Assembly (NCBI GenBank): GCA_963693365.1
Contig: CAVNZM010000001.1
Location: forward strand, 6,092,907 to 6,156,906
Direction of reading: 5' to 3'
Length of the DNA: 64,000 bases
DNA from: Amoebidium appalachense
Taxonomy: Eukaryota; Protista; Ichthyosporea
Positions within the stretch are counted from its first letter, which is position 1. Each line of letters begins with the position of its first letter. The notes beneath the pieces are model-generated. The model ran no database searches and was not told the origin of the DNA. It saw nothing but the letters and a program-made list of their open reading frames with translations. This document shows positions 58,744 to 64,000 of the stretch, piece by piece. Made by a program: the position numbers and the translations under genes.

Positions 58744-59977
58744 GGGTTCAGATGTGTAAGTAAAGGTTTCCGTGAGCTCGTATGCCTAGACCACTTACAG
58801 ACTGTATTTATGCCTGCAATTGGTGCAGTAGCCACCAACCAAAACAAAAATCAAACAAAAGGGAATCTATGTACCTGGTGTTTATAGGCTAATTACTATA
58901 TAGTAAGACCAGACTTGTATTGATATCCACGTTTATGTATGCATGTGCCGATACTGATGGTCAATTCCGTAAGTAAACTCATAAAGCGAAATCCCACCTG
59001 GCTTGATCAACTGGGTTTCGGTTTCGCATAAATAACACCCTAGGGTTTATAACGGTTGAAAGCTGGGGTTCCTAGACTTCACCACCCCTTGGGCGCTTGT
59101 ACATTCACTCGTATTTGTTCGTCTAACCGCTGTGTCGTGGTGCTATCATACATTTGAGCCTCCGCTCAATTTCTTTCCATACATGCACGTCCACTACGTG
59201 TTTTGTATGGAACGATTCAGTTGCAGTTTAGTTCAGCAGTCAGTCACTGAGCGACTGTGCCTGCACGATTTTGTTTGCCTGAATGTGTGTGTGTGTGTGT
59301 GTGTGTGTGTATCTGTTTTGATGTATATGCTCACGTGTGTATGCACTGTCACAGTGGTCTGTACATGTACATATGTGTGTGCCTCAGCTTCTGTGAGAGT
59401 ATGTGTGCACGTGTGTCGAGTGTGTGCCTAGCATTCCATATTGAAGAATTCACACGTACCCTGGACTACAGAGCAAAATGGACATCTTTAGGTCACCCCA
59501 GTGTAAAGTATCCTCACGGACACTTCAGTGTAAAGTGTATGTGTATGAGTAAACGGGGTTCACTCTGAACTGGGTTTCAGAGTTTCGATGCGTGCGTTTA
59601 TATACGTGTAGTCGACCCGAACAAGATTACTTGACCAATCACACAATTCCTTACCCAACCAATCATATTACAGATTAGTACAGGGCTAGCAATTACTGTG
59701 TGTGACTACTTTGATCTCTTGCCGGTTCTAACACTCATATATAATCTTTACTGCTGCATGACTTATGGCTTACACAGCCCCGAAATATACTCCAAATAAA
59801 CAGGTACCAGTACTTTTCCTGTTTGTGACTTTGGTTACCAGTTACCTTTCGGAGTGCTGTCTCTCTCACATGTGTAGCTGCAGGTTTACAACGACCACTC
59901 ACGGCAGCTGGACTTTGCCTGGATGCCCTCGACATGACTGGTCGAATATGAGGCTCTCCAATCACTCACAACCTGCT

Positions 59978-60303
59978 TGTTAATTATTCGTTCTCTCTGG
60001 CCGCAGCATTTTGTGTGTTCCAATCAACACAGAAGAGGCCATAAGTTTCTACCGAACTCGCCACTATGTCCACTCACGCGAGTCTCACCGTAGTTCGTTT
60101 CCAAGTAACCGAAACATACATAATTGTATTTGATCATCCGATTGGATAAGCAGCTACCACATTTATGATTGGTTCATTCGTCACCGAACGCCGACATCTG
60201 ACTGGATGAGCCGGCACCGACGAAATGTAAACAAAGCACATAGATCTGAATAGATCTGAATCGATCGATTGACACGACTGCTCGCCGCGGGGAGGACATA
60301 ACA
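59978..60303 (-). repeat. 3' LTR (about 326 bp)
   Basis: Begins TGTTA on the - strand one base after the PPT and ends TAACA (+ strand TGTTA at 59978). The outer boundary is inferred from this 5-bp inverted terminus only, because the second LTR is off-window. Confidence 0.7.
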
Positions 60304-60304
60304 A

Positions 60305-60314
60305 TCCCCCCCTC
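60305..60314 (-). other. Polypurine tract (plus-strand primer)
   Basis: GAGGGGGGGA between the pol stop and the LTR TG. Confidence 0.85.
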
Positions 60315-60352
60315 AGCAGAAAATCTGAGCTCCGACGAAGAGGAAACAAAGT

Positions 60353-63300
60353 TTAACACATCGATTGATTCTTTTCCTGTCGTGGGAACAGAACATCGCG
60401 CAACTGCCGTCGTCGTAAAAGACGAGCCGTGCGTGCATCCGTAGCATCTGGTGTCGAGTTAACATTCACTAGCTGAGTGATGTCGACCTGTTTGTCTACC
60501 CGTGGTTTTTTTGGATTTCTAGGAACAACAACCTTAGGATGAGAAGGTTGTCTAACTACCCGACGTTCGTATGCTTGGATTAACTCTGGGCACCATAATA
60601 AAGACTCTGGACGCCACTGATTGAAAGCCGTGTCGTAGCCTGCAAATTTGACTCGATAATACGTGGTTGCATGGCCGTTGACTGTGACTACTTTCTTATC
60701 CAAAATTTTCTCTACCGTGGTGTCCATGCCACCTAACTCTGGAATACCGTTATGTTGGGTGTTAGGACACTGAGAAAACGTCGAAGGGGCACGGAAGGCA
60801 AATTCGTGATAAGCCTTAATGTCGTCGACGTTATAATGGCGAATATCGTGCTCATTCAAAGTATGCCGGAGTTTGTATTCAGTACTACCTATCCGGGCTA
60901 ACACTATGTATGGACCCAAGAACCGTGGTCTCCATTTCTTCACGGGGCCACCCTTAGCACGGGTGAAATTCCGAACCAACACCTTACTACCTACTTTAAA
61001 AGTACGGAGAGGAATGTTAGTGTTAGTGCTGTTAGTAAGAGATTCATGTGCTTGCTCTGTACGTTGCCGTGCCACTTCACGGGCATGCAAAACTCGAGCC
61101 AACACCTCTTCCCTATACCTAGTCCATTCTTCCATACGGAGAGGACCAGAGAAGGCAGGAAGCATACTCACATCTAAGAACTCAGTACACTCCTGCCCAT
61201 GCACAAGAAAATACGGAGAAAAACCAGTGATAGCATTAGGTGTGGTACGATAAGCATGCACCACAAAAGGAAGTACACTATCCCAGTCAGCATGCTCCAT
61301 ATTCACATATTTTGCTAAACACGACTGAAACACTGCATGTGCACGTTCAGCAACACCATTAGCTTGGGGGTGGTAAGCAGACGTATGCAACAATGACACA
61401 CCCAACAGTTTACACACCTCACTCATTATTTCGGACAAAAATGAGCTACCCCTATCACTTAACACAGAACGGGGGGGCCAAAACGAAGACAAACATGATG
61501 CAAAAACACACGTGCCAACGTCACTGCATCACTTGAACGAATAGGGACAGTTTCAGTCCAACGTGTAGCTAAATCAGTGAGAGTAACAATATAATGATTA
61601 CCTTGCACTGTTTCGGGGAAAGGCCCCATCACATCCATAGCTACCCGTTCAAAAGCTTTAATAAAAGTACCATGGTACTGGGGGACCCGGCTTCGCATGT
61701 GTGTGGATTGATTGTGAAATGCACATGCATGACATCCCAACACCTTTCTCTCCACATCCTTACTCATGCCAGGCCAATAATAATTCACTTGCACACGTTG
61801 ATATGTACGCGACACACCTAAATGACCTGCCCACGGAGCATCATGCATGTGTTCAAGCACCATATCAACCAAACGAGGGGGAACCCACAAACGTTGACCT
61901 TGTGGCCCACTTAAATGATAAAGAACACCATCTTGCAACACACATCGGAGAGCATACCGTTTTGTACGATTTTCCCATGTCCGACGTTGACCTTTGGTGG
62001 GTTTATCCACCGAAAACACCATATCCCCCGGACGATGCTCCACTTGACATATCACGTCGTGCAAAAACCTGTCACTACGTTGTGACGACACCACCTGTTC
62101 CTGAAAAACAGGTGTAGAAAACTGGGAAGGAGAGGTGAACGAATTCGGAGTCCCCCTGTGTACCGGGGCCCCTACCTTCACCATACTATTCTTAAGAGAG
62201 GAGATGTCTACTTCAGCAGCCCACACATGATTTGACACGTTGATTGAATCTACTTCAACATTTACTGCATCAAAAGGATGTGTTTGGGTGAATTTATCAT
62301 ACTCGATGTATGCATTTCTACTGAGTGCATCACAATCTTTCATACTTTCACCTTTTGCATAAAAAGCCTTATAATCAAACGAAGCTAACTCTGCAGCCCA
62401 CCGTTGCATGCGTTCGTTGGTTAACTTAGTGAGACCTTTCATGGCTAAAGTAGGTTTGTGATCAGAATACACCTCAAACGTCCTACCTACCAAAATATGT
62501 CTCCACTCTTTGGTAACGAAATGATAGATAGCATGACTTTCCCGTTCTGGATTACTGTAACGTCGTTCCGTGGGGGAAAATACACGACTGCCATATGCAA
62601 CTACTCTATCTACATTATCCTGTTCTTGATACAATATGCCACCCTCACTGACTAAACTGGCATCTACCCGGACTCTGAAAATACCTTGTGTGGGGGAGAA
62701 ATCGGGGTGAACAAGAACATTATCACTTACCAATACTTCTTTTAACCGTTCAAAAGCTTCTAAAGCTTCAGAATCCCACAACACGGGGGCTTTTCTGTCA
62801 CCACCTGTCTGCTTAGTAAGAGGGTGCGCAATTTCGGCATACCTCCGTATAAAACGACGAAGGTAATTGGTTAGTCCTAGAAACTGCCTGAGCTGAGTGA
62901 CCGTTTTAGGGTGAGGCCATTCTGTAATAGCCTTGATTTTACTAGGATCAGGAATAACACCATCCTTCGTGATCCTATGACCCAGGAATTTAACATCTTG
63001 CACCCCCACTATGGTCTTTTTACCACTCACTTTCATACCAGCAGCTTCCAACACGGAGAACACTTTTTCACAATTAGAAACTAATTCTTCAAAAGTTCTC
63101 CCTTTGACACATGCGTCATCCATATAACATGCCGTATACGGTAAGCACGGACGCAAAATATCGCGCATAATACGACACAAATTTGCAGGTGCATGCACAA
63201 GACCTTGGGGCATCACAGTAAACTGCCACAATTCACCATCGAATGCAAAAGCAGTCTTCTCCTTATCCTCTTCCCTAAGCCGACACTGAAAAAATGCATT

Positions 63301-64000
63301 TTTCAAATCGAGGACACAGAACCACTTATAGCCATGAAAACTGTCAAGTAATTCATCAATACGGGGAAGGGGAAAGAGATCCTTTTTAGTGACAGAGTTA
63401 AGGCCGCGTAGGTCGGTGCACATCCTGTAGGACCCGTCTGGTTTCTTAATTAAAAGTACCGGCGACCGCCACTGACTTTTACTAGGCTCTAAAATCTGCA
63501 TTTCTCGAAATTCACTAATCATTTGCCTACCTGACTCTAATTTCGATTGCTCCATTCGATACTGAGGCATCACCACAGGACTTGCATCACCTGTATCAAT
63601 TGCCACTGTGTACCCCTTCACAAAACCGTGATCTTTTGGATGCTTAAGAAATACATTTTTAACTCGATTTAACATAGGAAAAATTAAGGCACGTTGCTGA
63701 TCCGTCCAACCTGGATCTACCATACCCCAGGGGAGACTCACTTCACCGGAATCACCCTCCCTGTTACTGTTACTACTTGCACCTTCACCTGCACACACTC
63801 CTTCTGCTTTACCAATATCATCACTAGAAGGGCCCGTTTCTGTGGATGAGGGATTGACACCTACTGCATCGGACTGAGGACCAGACACCGTGGTAACCGC
63901 AGACACTGAGACACCATCAACCGTAGGCGAGCGACTTCCTGTTGGTGTTGATGTCTCGGGCTGGCCACATGCTTCCGGATTACTAGGTTTATCTGAAGGT
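60353..64000 (-). CDS. pol: Pol polyprotein (RT, RNase H, integrase, chromodomain), broken by a single 1-nt frameshift at ~61475
   Basis: RT: SPVLLIKKPDGSYRMCTDLRGLN, LDLKNAFFQ, MPQGL, YMDD. RNase H: VDAS, YSNPERE, YSDH, DALSR. Integrase: H..H..CHAC, MDVMGP, SDRG, AER, GPY. Chromodomain: VEKILDKK..YRVKFAGY..NQWRPESLLWCPELIQAY. The frame is open to the window edge. Confidence 0.93.

Larger units (their letters stand above)
59978..64000 (-). mobile_element. Ty3/gypsy LTR retrotransposon (chromovirus-type); 5' part (5' LTR, gag, protease) off-window
   Basis: Domain order RT-RNaseH-integrase-chromodomain, followed by a PPT and 3' LTR. Confidence 0.95.

Overview
Eukaryotic, intron-dense DNA. Nearly all ORFs in the supplied track are artefacts of (CA)n/(GT)n/(CT)n microsatellites and poly-C/poly-G runs. 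Splicing by hand, with phase checked at every junction, gives three + strand genes. (1) A 5'-truncated BLTP3/UHRF1BP1(SHIP164)-like bridge lipid-transfer protein: 31 exons, 825-22357. (2) A ~1345-aa receptor tyrosine kinase with an unusual mucin + EGF + TNFR-like Cys-rich + SEA-like ectodomain: about 20 exons, ~28821-41577. (3) A complete RUS1/C16orf58 (RUSF1, DUF647) gene: 15 exons, 46565-58526, with one GC-AG intron. A chromodomain-bearing Ty3/gypsy LTR retrotransposon occupies the right end on the - strand. Also present are a nested inverted-repeat/TIR element complex at 43.0-45.7 kb, a 297-bp MITE with a 6-bp TSD, a short intronic repeat family sitting between poly-C runs, and a tentative Pro/Thr-rich orphan gene on the - strand at 24-26 kb. 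The HRDLAARN-type kinase points to a holozoan, probably a unicellular relative of animals; this is inference, not identification. The most notable features are the mucin-type RTK and an intron grammar in which microsatellites and C-runs sit directly on the splice sites.
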